Below are positions 49,796-58,868 of a stretch of 64,000 bases of DNA, piece after piece. The notes beneath the pieces were generated by a model. It worked only from the letters and a program-made list of their open reading frames with translations. It was not told where the DNA came from and made no database searches. The number at the start of each line of letters is the position of its first letter. Position 1 is the stretch's first letter. Made by a program: the position numbers and the translations under genes. This DNA comes from Candidatus Magasanikiibacteriota bacterium (GTDB taxonomy: Bacteria > Patescibacteriota > Patescibacteriia > Magasanikbacterales > UBA922), in contig JBAYJP010000001.1 in assembly GCA_041665025.1 (NCBI GenBank), positions 110,555-174,554 of the forward strand, given 5' to 3'.

Positions 49796-50440
49796 CTATA
49801 CACCATGTCTAAACAAACTCACAAGCGCAAACCCGACTGACAACCCCAAAATTCCACTTGCAAATCTCAAAAATACTTCATTATCAAATACGAGTGCGAT
49901 AAGGATGGCGCACACTGCTAAAACCTGCAAAAACATTTTTATCTTTCCCCACAAATTTGCCATACGTACGGTCTTGAACTTCACATGAGCAACATATGCA
50001 CTGGCAATAAATATTATTTCAATGCCAAGTACAGCGATTCCAAGCCAAAAATTTAAATACTTAAAAACTAACAACAGCACCATGGAACCAATCAAAAATT
50101 TGTCCGCGAGTGGATCAATAAGCATGCCAAATTTGGTTATTTTGTTTTGAGTGCGTGCGAGAGATCCATCAAGCGCGTCAGTAAATGCAACTACTAAAAA
50201 TAAACCAACCCCTGTCTTGTAGTATCCATAAAGTATGGTGAAAAATACTACAGGGGTTGCGATAATGCGAAATATACTTATTTTGTTTGGCGTAATAGCA
50301 GATGGAAGCAATTTTAAAAATGTGCGGGCCAAAAAATAATCATGGGGATGAACTTCCTCTGCTTTGAGATAGGTGAACAAATCGTGGTTACGTTCCTTGA
50401 ACCGTTTGATAAAATTCATATTTTTCGCTAAACTATACAT
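49796..50440 (-). CDS. CDP-alcohol phosphatidyltransferase family protein (native AT-rich copy)
   Basis: AFTDALDGSLARTQNKITKFGMLIDPLADK motif and multiple TMs. Confidence 0.75.
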   Translation of the reverse strand: MYSLAKNMNFIKRFKERNHDLFTYLKAEEVHPHDYFLARTFLKLLPSAITPNKISIFRIIATPVVFFTILYGYYKTGVGLFLVVAFTDALDGSLARTQNKITKFGMLIDPLADKFLIGSMVLLLVFKYLNFWLGIAVLGIEIIFIASAYVAHVKFKTVRMANLWGKIKMFLQVLAVCAILIALVFDNEVFLRFASGILGLSVGFALVSLFRHGV

Positions 50441-50551
50441 ATCTTACCTAAGATTGGGGAAAAAATCAATAACGAATCAACATAAAGTTGCACTTTGTGA
50501 GGGGCTAAAGTATACATAATTAGTCTAGACGCATGAGTGGTACGCCCCCTT

Positions 50552-50595
50552 GAAACAGGGTTTTGGCCCGCCGCGGCGGGCCAAAACCCTGTTTC
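50552..50595. repeat. perfect 44-bp palindrome gaaacagggttttggcccgccg|cggcgggccaaaaccctgtttc
   Basis: Exact 22+22 inverted repeat with a GC-rich core, in the divergent intergenic region between 49796..50440(-) and the membrane protein (+). Confidence 0.7.
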
Positions 50596-50667
50596 ATAAA
50601 TCCGAGCCTAAAGATAGTTCCATATCACCATGCATACACGAGGATTTATTCCACGGACTACAAAAAT

Positions 50668-52803
50668 ATGAATATACAGAAAAATAAAATTATTTCTTTA
50701 ACCATTTTCGGAATTATTTTGTGCATACTCAATATTTTTGTAGTGCACAGTGTTGTGATAGGCATAATAGGAATAGCATTGTACGCAACACAGCTTAGTA
50801 AATGGATAGGACATCTTGCTTTTACGAAATACGAAAGATTTGGAAAAAAATTATTTGGTTTTGTCATTCTCACGGGAATCATAATGACACTCAATGTACT
50901 TGTATATTACCCATACAAATTAACCACACTCACCACCATTATAATCCTATTAATCCCCTGTTTTCTCTTTTTTATAAAATCAAATCAGGAGAAGAGCACA
51001 AATGACAGTCCATGGGTCATGGAACGTTCACACGCCATGCAAACACTATTGTTTGTGGCTATAGATATAGCTCTTATTTATATTCTCACACAAAACAGCA
51101 CAACTGATGTTCTGCCATCTCCATGGATGAATATCAAACCCTGGTTTTTTATTTTATACGCAATCGCGACCGTAATATTACTCCATACCGTATCTGTCTC
51201 GCGACATGTTGGTAAAAGTATTGCACTTATTTCACTACATTTGTTTGTTACGTATAGCGTCGCATCGATTATCTATACACTTGGTTATGGATTTGATGGT
51301 TTTATCCATCGTGCCACAGAAACCTGGATTTTAAACAATGGGTTTATTACACCAAAACAACCATTTTATATTGGACAATACGGGCTCGTAGTGTGGCTTT
51401 CGCAGATCACACATATTTCAATTAAGATACTCGATATATATCTCGTGCCAGTCTTAACATCTCTCACACTTCCATTTTTTGTATATCACGCATTGCGATA
51501 CACGTGGAATATAGCGCAAGGCATTGCATTAAATCTTACATGGCTTTTGCCCTTTTTATTTTTCTTATCTTTTTATTTTACCACGCCACACAATTTAGCC
51601 TTACTATTTTTTATACTCGCCGTATTTGCAACAATTTCGTATGCAAAAGAAAAAATGCCATTCATTGTCCCTGGTGTTCTCTGTATAATGGCATCAATAA
51701 CACACCCACTTATTGGAGCACCGCTCTGTGTTTTTGTCTTTATTGCATTTGTTATACGAAAAATAAAAAACAAGTCTATTTCAGTTGTACTATCTATTTT
51801 TAATGGGATATCTATTGCGCTTGTACCGATTATTTTATTTACTCTGTTTCTTTTTATACATCATAATCCCCTTCCGAGCATTCAAAATCCTTTTACATTT
51901 GAACAAGTCCAGAGATTTACAGAATTAGTTGCACGTCCACATTGGTACATTGCACATGCGCCCATTATATTTGAATTACTTTACCTATGGCATGACGCTA
52001 TAATTCCGCTGGTAGTTATTATCGGCCTTGTTGGATTTTTTATAAAAAAAGAAAAGACATACATAGATTATCTCCTTATTTCTTCCTCACTTGGTTCTTT
52101 TATTGGCGCATGGTTATTGCGTACATGGGTTGTACTGCCCAATTTACTTGAAGAAGAACAAGCATCCTACCCTTTGCGCCTTTTGAGCATGGGGCTTCTT
52201 TTCCTCATGCCATTTTCAATGTATGGGCTATACGCCTTAGGCACGTGGTTTATGGAGAAAATAAAAAAATCCCGCAGCGAGCGGGATCCCGCTGTAGCGG
52301 GACAGCACATAGTAAAAGCATTATATATTCTTGGAGCAAGCGCACTTTTGATGGTTTCATTTTATTTTTCATATCCACAGCGCAATCCAAAAGTTTGGTT
52401 TCCCGGATTTAATGTTTCTCAAGCTGACTTTAGTGCCGTGGAGTGGATTCGCAATCAACATACTGATTATAATTATGTCGTGCTTTCAAATCCTATTACT
52501 GCCATGGCTGCTCTCACCAATTATAATTTTGTAAAACATTTCCAAACGCAAGAGCAAGGCGAATTATTTTATTATTCAATCCCAAGCGGTGGATATTTGT
52601 ACCGCATGTATTTGAACATGCTGTATGAAGTTCCCAAAGAACAATTTGTAGACGAAGTTAAAAAAACAACAGGGGTTGACACGGTTTATTTTGTGGTAAA
52701 TTCATATTGGGGAAGTTTCAAAAAAATTGTGGAAGAGCACAAAAAAACTGCCAAATCATGGCAGTCGATTGATGACGGAAAAGTGATGATATTTACTTAC
52801 TAA
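50668..52803 (+). CDS. large polytopic membrane protein (GT-C/O-antigen polymerase-like candidate)
   Basis: The start is placed at MNIQKNK because the upstream extension covers the palindrome. About 15 TMs, then a C-terminal soluble domain. Confidence 0.5.
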   Translation: MNIQKNKIISLTIFGIILCILNIFVVHSVVIGIIGIALYATQLSKWIGHLAFTKYERFGKKLFGFVILTGIIMTLNVLVYYPYKLTTLTTIIILLIPCFLFFIKSNQEKSTNDSPWVMERSHAMQTLLFVAIDIALIYILTQNSTTDVLPSPWMNIKPWFFILYAIATVILLHTVSVSRHVGKSIALISLHLFVTYSVASIIYTLGYGFDGFIHRATETWILNNGFITPKQPFYIGQYGLVVWLSQITHISIKILDIYLVPVLTSLTLPFFVYHALRYTWNIAQGIALNLTWLLPFLFFLSFYFTTPHNLALLFFILAVFATISYAKEKMPFIVPGVLCIMASITHPLIGAPLCVFVFIAFVIRKIKNKSISVVLSIFNGISIALVPIILFTLFLFIHHNPLPSIQNPFTFEQVQRFTELVARPHWYIAHAPIIFELLYLWHDAIIPLVVIIGLVGFFIKKEKTYIDYLLISSSLGSFIGAWLLRTWVVLPNLLEEEQASYPLRLLSMGLLFLMPFSMYGLYALGTWFMEKIKKSRSERDPAVAGQHIVKALYILGASALLMVSFYFSYPQRNPKVWFPGFNVSQADFSAVEWIRNQHTDYNYVVLSNPITAMAALTNYNFVKHFQTQEQGELFYYSIPSGGYLYRMYLNMLYEVPKEQFVDEVKKTTGVDTVYFVVNSYWGSFKKIVEEHKKTAKSWQSIDDGKVMIFTY

Positions 52804-52887
52804 GCCAATAGCCAATAGTTCGTAGCCAATAAATATCGCCCAAAACTCTATTGGCAATTGGCTATTGGCTCTGAACTATTGGCTATA
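52804..52887. repeat. family B palindromic intergenic element
   Basis: aagccaatagccaatagttcgtagccaat...ctattggcaattggctattggctctgaactattggctat. Confidence 0.6.
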
Positions 52888-54105
52888 AAGACTTACAAGC
52901 TTTTCAATATATTTCTCCTGCGTCAGCCCAGACAACATCTGGGTTGTTTTATTACTCATGATATGCAAATCTTGCGGATGTTCTATAGCCCATTTCATTT
53001 TCTCTGCAAGAGACGCCACATTCCCCGCTTCAAATGTAATACCACTCTCCCCTTCTTCAATAAGTTCGGCAATACCCTCGATGCGGCTGGCAAGAACCGG
53101 AATATGAAAAAATAAACTTTCAAAAATCACGGTCGGAGAATTTTCATAACATAACGATGGCACAACGGTTACATTCATGCGAGAAAATAATTCTGGCAAT
53201 TTATCCCGTTCCACACGCCCATGTACCGTAATATGCACGTTACCTTTTGTTTTTTCAATGACTTCATCTAACTGTGAACCATTTCCCACAATATGCAAAT
53301 GAATTTGTTTTTGCATGTCCAACTGAATATTTTTAAATGCTTCTATAAGCAAAAAAATACCTTTATGCGTCTCTATTTGCCCAAGATACAAAAAATTAAA
53401 CAGATCATTTCCCTGTTTCCTGTTCCCTGTTCCCTGTTCCCTGCTCTCCAATGTAAAGTCAAACGTCAATGGATTTCTCACCACTACTGTCTTTGACAAC
53501 GGAAAAAATCCTCGCTTGGTATAAAAGTCTAACAAAAATTGCGAAGGAGAAATGACAACCTGTGGCGAACCCATGAGTTTTTTCATAACCCACGTATATA
53601 TTTTTGTAGGAAACCCAGTATAACGCCATGAATGTTCCCTGTCTTTCAAAATCATCGCACTTGGTTCTACCAATTGCACGTCATGCACGGTATGGATATG
53701 ACGCAAACCAAGTTTGCGAATGACAGATGGAATAAAAAATGATAGGCCAATAAGATTATGCGTATGCACAATATCTGGTTTTTCTTTTTCCAAAATATTT
53801 TTTACCCAGCTGGCCGTAGAAAAATTAAAAATATCGCATACATGCCATATAAAACGTACCATACCGCTATGTTTGTGCGCGTCAGTATAAAAATACACAT
53901 TCGGCGGCCTGCGACGATAAATGGTCGTGTGTTCGTGACGTTCACTAAAATCCCCTCGCGGGGCACTGGTAATAATGACCACATCGTGACCTTGGGCAAC
54001 CAAACCCTGCGCAGACTTAACTACAACCTGCTCAGCTCCGCCACGGTGATAAGGAGGATAGATGTTGTTGATGATGCACACTTTCATAGCTCTGTAATAA
54101 TACAA
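52876..54105 (-). CDS. glycosyltransferase family 4 (GT-B)
   Basis: MKVCIINNIYPPYHRGGAEQ and a C-terminal E-x7-E-like EGIAELIEEGESG. It contains an in-frame family H repeat (EQGTGNRKQGND). Confidence 0.8.
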   Translation of the reverse strand: MYYYRAMKVCIINNIYPPYHRGGAEQVVVKSAQGLVAQGHDVVIITSAPRGDFSERHEHTTIYRRRPPNVYFYTDAHKHSGMVRFIWHVCDIFNFSTASWVKNILEKEKPDIVHTHNLIGLSFFIPSVIRKLGLRHIHTVHDVQLVEPSAMILKDREHSWRYTGFPTKIYTWVMKKLMGSPQVVISPSQFLLDFYTKRGFFPLSKTVVVRNPLTFDFTLESREQGTGNRKQGNDLFNFLYLGQIETHKGIFLLIEAFKNIQLDMQKQIHLHIVGNGSQLDEVIEKTKGNVHITVHGRVERDKLPELFSRMNVTVVPSLCYENSPTVIFESLFFHIPVLASRIEGIAELIEEGESGITFEAGNVASLAEKMKWAIEHPQDLHIMSNKTTQMLSGLTQEKYIEKLVSLYSQ

Positions 54106-54124
54106 AAATTCCTAATTCACCCAT

Positions 54125-54240
54125 GCATAATTCAAATCTCAAACGTCAAAAGTCAAAACTGCAACTAAAAATTTAAAAGTTTATATATTTGAGTTTTCAT
54201 TTTGAGTTTTGAGATTTGACTTTTGAATTTTATTTGCACC
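54125..54240. repeat. family D palindromic element (overlaps the 3' end of the methyltransferase gene)
   Basis: ctcaaacgtcaaaagtcaaaactgcaactaaaaatttaaaagtttatatatttgagttttcattttgagttttgagatttgacttttga. Its right half encodes the methyltransferase C-terminus KIQKSNLKTQNENSNI. Confidence 0.6.
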
Positions 54241-55146
54241 TATCGTCCAATGCCATCCTAGATGCTTAAACCCTGGAATCTTGAATAACATTTCATCAAC
54301 CGCCACGATTCCTTTTTCCAACCATAATGGCAAAACGATTCTCTTTTTAAGTTTGAATGCGCGAAAGGTAAATTCCAAAATATATTGTATCCATCCTGCA
54401 AACAACCACATAGGACGTACCGAAACTTTTTCCCATTTTCCTTCATGCAATACATAATTTATTTTTCTATAAGAAAATCCTGTCATTTCAGCGTCTGCGT
54501 GAGATACATTGTGTTCATCAGTGTGAGTCAGTCGTGACATGATGGGACGAATTATTTTCAGAGGCAAAAAATATGTTTTATTTGGCTCAACCCAAATACA
54601 CAGTTTGCCACCAGATTTCAAAACACGCGCAAATTCTTTCAAAGCTTCGCCATAATCTGAAAAATGATGCCAGACGGCGACCATATACAGTGAATCAAAC
54701 GTATTGTCTGCAAACGGCAAGTGCATACCATCTGCCGCAACATAGGTAGCATTTGTAGAATGTAATTTTGTAGAAAGTCGTTCCAGTGTTTTGGAAGAAA
54801 TATCAGACAACACCATTTTGTAATCAGGTAGGAAATGTTGCGCGTCATGTCCGCTCCCTGCGCCAATTTCCAAAATCAGACTGCCGGGTCGCAATTCTTT
54901 TATTGCACTGTGCAATCGAGTGTGATAATACACATTTCTCCATGCATTGAGCTGGTGCACGTTGTTGGCATCATCTTCCAAATGATCGTGATACTCTGCT
55001 TCTTCCTTTGCAAGTTCACCTAGTTCAGTTGGTAAGGCAACAATGACATTATTTTTCTTTTCATATACTTTTCCACATGAACAAATATAGCTTTGTCCGG
55101 GGATAAGCTCTTTCATTTCATTGTGACAGTCGGTGCAGATAAACAT
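54181..55146 (-). CDS. class I SAM-dependent methyltransferase with N-terminal zinc-ribbon
   Basis: CTDCHNEM...CSCGKVYE ribbon and motif I LEIGAGSGHDAQHF. Flanked on both sides by family D elements. Confidence 0.75.
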   Translation of the reverse strand: MFICTDCHNEMKELIPGQSYICSCGKVYEKKNNVIVALPTELGELAKEEAEYHDHLEDDANNVHQLNAWRNVYYHTRLHSAIKELRPGSLILEIGAGSGHDAQHFLPDYKMVLSDISSKTLERLSTKLHSTNATYVAADGMHLPFADNTFDSLYMVAVWHHFSDYGEALKEFARVLKSGGKLCIWVEPNKTYFLPLKIIRPIMSRLTHTDEHNVSHADAEMTGFSYRKINYVLHEGKWEKVSVRPMWLFAGWIQYILEFTFRAFKLKKRIVLPLWLEKGIVAVDEMLFKIPGFKHLGWHWTIGANKIQKSNLKTQNENSNI

Positions 55147-55149
55147 ACT

Positions 55150-55238
55150 TTAAATCTCAAAATTCAAATATCAAAAGTCAAAACTACAACTAAAAACTTA
55201 AAAGTTTATAGTTTTGAGATTTGACTTTTGAGTTTTCA
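55150..55238. repeat. family D palindromic element (immediately upstream of the methyltransferase start)
   Basis: aaatctcaaaattcaaatatcaaaagtcaaaactacaactaaaaacttaaaagtttatagttttgagatttgacttttgagttttcaa. Confidence 0.6.
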
Positions 55239-55636
55239 ACGCTCAGTATACCACATTTTAGAATAAAAAAACTACTTTTCTATAGTAGTCATTCGTGCTG
55301 ATATGGAGTGTGTCGCGCGCCCGGTGACGGCGGCGGAACGCCTAGCGACATCCAGAATTGGATGCCACCGTCACCGGGACACGCGCGGATCAGCGATCGA
55401 AGGCCTTGCCGCTTCCGGTTCTGCTCGCGATGTACGCGCATCGGCACTGCCGTGCCTCCTCGCGACTTGCGTGCGAACCGCTGCAGAAGCGACACGCCTT
55501 GACCCGCCGATTCTTGCTCTTGCTGGGACGAGGCATCCCAACCTCCTTCCTCGCGCGCCTCCGTGGCGCGCACAATGGTTCACATCATACACAAAAAAAG
55601 TCCAGATGTCAATCTGGACTGTAAAAAAATACAAAA

Positions 55637-55782
55637 CCCCGTTCGCACAAGTCACGTGGTCGCGAAGCGACTTTACGTGACTGTCACGTGTCCGCCCAAA
55701 GCGGATTTACGTGACATAACCTCCCCCACACTTCTACCAAATATCTGATAAAAGTATGGGCGAGTGCGAACGGGGTCGTTGC
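55637..55782. promoter_or_regulatory. putative operator/iteron region: 12-bp inverted repeat (ccccgttcgcac / gtgcgaacgggg) enclosing repeated ACGTG-containing sites
   Basis: gtcacgtggtcgcgaagcgactttacgtgactgtcacgtgtccgcccaaagcggatttacgtgaca has TTTACGTGAC x2 and GTCACGTG x2. It lies inside GC-rich island D, downstream of the 55829..56104 gene. Confidence 0.3.
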
Positions 55783-55828
55783 ATCGCCCTCTTGTTTTCG
55801 GTGGTGACCGAGCTTTCATGATCCCCCC

Positions 55829-56104
55829 TCACCCGCCCAAAAAATACCTCGGGCTGTATACCGGCTTGCGGCATGCGGCGCACTTGCCGGCGTTCTTGTC
55901 CTCGTCGTGGACGAGAACTGCGCCGCATCCGGTGCACCGGATGACCTTGGCGATGTTCGCCGGCGCCCTTGAGCAGTTCGCGTACTTGTTGACGTGGACG
56001 TGTACCTTCTGCCCCTTCCCCTTCTTCTTGTTCTTCACCTTTCCCCCACTGTTCTTCCAGCCCTTCTGTCGTTTCTTCTCACCCGTCGGGTTGATCTGCG
56101 CCAT
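55829..56104 (-). CDS. small Lys-rich protein with C-terminal CxxC...CxxC zinc-ribbon, on GC-rich island D
   Basis: GAGGAGG SD 6 nt upstream of the ATG. 91 aa: basic N-terminus, then IRCTGCG...KCAACRK. Confidence 0.45.
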   Translation of the reverse strand: MAQINPTGEKKRQKGWKNSGGKVKNKKKGKGQKVHVHVNKYANCSRAPANIAKVIRCTGCGAVLVHDEDKNAGKCAACRKPVYSPRYFLGG

Positions 56105-56301
56105 CGATCCTCCTCGTCAGCCGCCCAATATGTCGGGCGGGAAAATGGTTGCAACTATCCTCTCAAACTCTCTCTCTCTTGTCAACATCGTTTGCACATT
56201 TCATCAACAACTATCACTAAACATGGGTTGATAAATAAAGGTTAGTAAGGTAATATACGTGGGCGTTGGGTTAAGAAACTGGAAACCAGAATATATATCC
56301 G

Positions 56302-57774
56302 GTGTCTGGTTTCCTAACCCATCGCCCTTCCCATATGGTAGATATTACAGAGCTCGAAAAAATCCCCCCTCAAAACCTCGAAGCTGAAATGTCTTTACTC
56401 GGGTCTATTTTGCTTGATAAAGAAGCGCTTTTGAAAATCGCTGACATGATTGATAGTGATGATTTTTATAAATCGATACACAGTGACATTTATGAGACCA
56501 TGCTTGAGTTGTATGAAAAAAATGAACCCATAGATGTCTTGACCATGGGAAACAGATTGGAAGAAAAAAAGTTATTAGAAAAAATTGGTGGACGAAGTTA
56601 TTTGGTAAACTTATCAAATACCGTTCCTACTGCTTCGCATGTTCCCAAATACGCAGAAATTATTCGAAGAAAATCTACTTTGCGAAAACTCTTGCGTTCT
56701 GCGCAAGAAATATCACGATTGGGATACAAAGAAGATGCGGAAAGTGTCGAGTACATACTTGATGAAGCGCAACAACAACTATATAGCGTCACGCAAAAAC
56801 ATTTAAAGCAGACATTTACGCCCATTAGAGGAATTCTAAGCGATGCGTTTGAACGTATTGATGAATTGCATAGAGAAAAAGGAAAACTCCGCGGTGTGCC
56901 AACCGGATACAAACAATTGGACAACTTGCTTGCGGGATTGCAAAAGTCAGACCTCGTAATTCTCGCTGCTCGTCCATCAGTTGGAAAAACATCTCTCGCG
57001 CTTGATATGGCGCGCAATGTCGCAGTCCGCGCAAAAGTACCGGTCGGCATATTTTCGCTTGAAATGAGTAAGGAACAACTCGTCGATCGTCTACTCTGCG
57101 CTGAAGCTGGTGTTGATTTGTGGAAAATGAGAACAGGAAATTTATCTGACCGCCCAGATAGTGATGATTTTCCACGCATTGGACATGCGATGGGCGTGTT
57201 ATCTGAATCCCCTATTTTTATCGATGATTCTCCGGGAAATAACGTCATGCAAATACGCACGAAAGCTCGACGCTTGCAAGCAGAACATGGTCTCGGACTG
57301 GTAGTGATAGACTACTTACAACTCATGGAATCGCCAAATTCAAAAGGCAATGACAATCGTGTTCAGGAAGTCGCGGAAATCAGTAGAAATTTAAAAGGCC
57401 TTGCGCGTGAACTCAATGTGCCTGTGCTTGCGTTATCACAGCTATCACGTCTCGTAGAACAACGCAAGCCGGCAATACCAAAACTTTCTGATTTGCGCGA
57501 ATCAGGATCTATTGAACAAGATGCTGATGTAGTAATGTTTATATATAGAAAGTCCGCAGACAGAAACTACCGATTGGAAGATGTACCGCCCGATGAACGA
57601 AGTATTGCAGAAATTCATATCGCAAAACATAGAAATGGTCCGACCGGCATGGTGCGTGTATTTTTTGATGAACAGCGTGCGAGTTTCAGAAATTTGGACA
57701 CTCAGATGGGAAATTTTACCCCTCCACCACAATCAATGCCTCCACAAAAGACAAATTCGGTGCCAGCGTTTTAA
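56302..57774 (+). CDS. dnaB: replicative DNA helicase DnaB
   Basis: N-terminal NLEAEMSLLGSILLD, RecA-like domain with GKTSLALD and the H4 motif. A possible true start is MVDITEL at about 56335. Confidence 0.9.
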   Translation: MSGFLTHRPSHMVDITELEKIPPQNLEAEMSLLGSILLDKEALLKIADMIDSDDFYKSIHSDIYETMLELYEKNEPIDVLTMGNRLEEKKLLEKIGGRSYLVNLSNTVPTASHVPKYAEIIRRKSTLRKLLRSAQEISRLGYKEDAESVEYILDEAQQQLYSVTQKHLKQTFTPIRGILSDAFERIDELHREKGKLRGVPTGYKQLDNLLAGLQKSDLVILAARPSVGKTSLALDMARNVAVRAKVPVGIFSLEMSKEQLVDRLLCAEAGVDLWKMRTGNLSDRPDSDDFPRIGHAMGVLSESPIFIDDSPGNNVMQIRTKARRLQAEHGLGLVVIDYLQLMESPNSKGNDNRVQEVAEISRNLKGLARELNVPVLALSQLSRLVEQRKPAIPKLSDLRESGSIEQDADVVMFIYRKSADRNYRLEDVPPDERSIAEIHIAKHRNGPTGMVRVFFDEQRASFRNLDTQMGNFTPPPQSMPPQKTNSVPAF

Positions 57775-57853
57775 AACATTAGTTCAAGCTGAAAGAATAG
57801 ATTTAAACTGAAAAAAATTTCTGTTTAAATCAATTTTTAATCAGTATAAATCA

Positions 57854-58162
57854 ATGCTTATGTTCAATAAGTTAAAACAATTCAAAGACCTCCGTAGTCA
57901 GGCAAAAACATTACAAAATACCTTGTCTCAAGAGAGTATTACGGTTCGCGCAGCTGGAGATCAGGTTGTACTTACAATGGATGGCAACCTCACGTTGACT
58001 GGTCTTGCAATTGACGATGCACTTCTGGCACCCGACAAAAAAGACAAACTTCAAAATGCAATCAAAGAAGCTCATGCAGATGCACTCAAAAAAATGCAAC
58101 GCATCATGGCAATGAAGATGAAAGAAATGGGGGGTTTACCTAACATTCCAGGACTAAACTAG
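57854..58162 (+). CDS. ybaB: nucleoid-associated protein YbaB/EbfC
   Basis: About 100 aa, ...GDQVVLTMDGNLTLTGLAIDDALLAPDKKDKLQNAIKEA pattern. Located immediately upstream of recR. Confidence 0.85.
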   Translation: MLMFNKLKQFKDLRSQAKTLQNTLSQESITVRAAGDQVVLTMDGNLTLTGLAIDDALLAPDKKDKLQNAIKEAHADALKKMQRIMAMKMKEMGGLPNIPGLN

Positions 58163-58234
58163 TTCGTAGTTCATAGCCAATAGCCAATAGTTTACAATCG
58201 CCAATTTATTGGCTGTGAACTATTGGCTATGAAC
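58161..58234. repeat. family B palindromic intergenic element
   Basis: agttcgtagttcatagccaatagccaatag...ttattggctgtgaactattggctatgaac. Confidence 0.6.
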
Positions 58235-58238
58235 TTCT

Positions 58239-58838
58239 ATGTACGCTCAACCCATAGATAAACTAATCAAAGCATTTTCCAAGCTTCCAAGCGTCGGCCC
58301 GCGTACAGCCGAACGTTTTGTTTTTTATCTTCTTAAATCAGGGAAAAAGGATGCTGGAGAACTTACCCTGGCATTAAAAGAACTAATTGAAAATGTAAAA
58401 AGCTGTGAAGTCTGTTGGAATTTTTCTGATACAAGTCCGTGTGAAATTTGTACTGACACAAGACGGCATTACAAGACAATGTGTGTAGTTGCCGAGCCTC
58501 AAGATTTACAGACTCTTGAAAAAACACATCACTATCATGGCGTGTACCATGTATTGCGCGGTACACTTGCACCCGACGATGAATATATCATGAAGACGGT
58601 CAAAATCAATGAGCTCATGAATCGCGTACAGAAAAATGAAGTGGATGAAGTAATACTTGCCTTAAACCCGGACATAGCTGGAGAGACGACCATGATGTAT
58701 TTACAAAAACAACTAAAAACTATCCGTCCTGATCTCAAAGTTACCAGACTAGCTCGCGGATTGCCTATGGGTAGCGACTTACAATATGCTGATGAAATAA
58801 CGATTGAAAGTGCACTAAAAAATAGAACTCAAAACTAA
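58239..58838 (+). CDS. recR: recombination protein RecR
   Basis: HhH LPSVGPRTAERFVFYLL, a C4 zinc finger (CEVC...CEIC) and a Toprim domain. Confidence 0.9.
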   Translation: MYAQPIDKLIKAFSKLPSVGPRTAERFVFYLLKSGKKDAGELTLALKELIENVKSCEVCWNFSDTSPCEICTDTRRHYKTMCVVAEPQDLQTLEKTHHYHGVYHVLRGTLAPDDEYIMKTVKINELMNRVQKNEVDEVILALNPDIAGETTMMYLQKQLKTIRPDLKVTRLARGLPMGSDLQYADEITIESALKNRTQN

Positions 58839-58868
58839 AATCCTCCCGAATTTGGGAGGATTTATTTT
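58839..58868 (+). terminator. hairpin aatcctcccgaatttgggaggatt + T-run (recR terminator)
   Basis: Perfect 9-bp stem followed by TTATTTT. Its 3' arm (GGGAGG) doubles as a possible SD for the next ORF. Confidence 0.6.

Noticed and set aside
55290-55800. GC-rich island D or E as RNase P RNA, tmRNA or 6S RNA (stable RNAs are GC-rich in AT-rich genomes)
   Set aside because: No RNase P P4/CR-I motif (GGAAAGUCCGG / AGGGCAGG), no tmRNA tRNA-like ends or ALAA-type tag frame. aaagtccag sits in a perfect simple hairpin instead. Islands carry SD-led ORFs and one encodes a recognisable enzyme.
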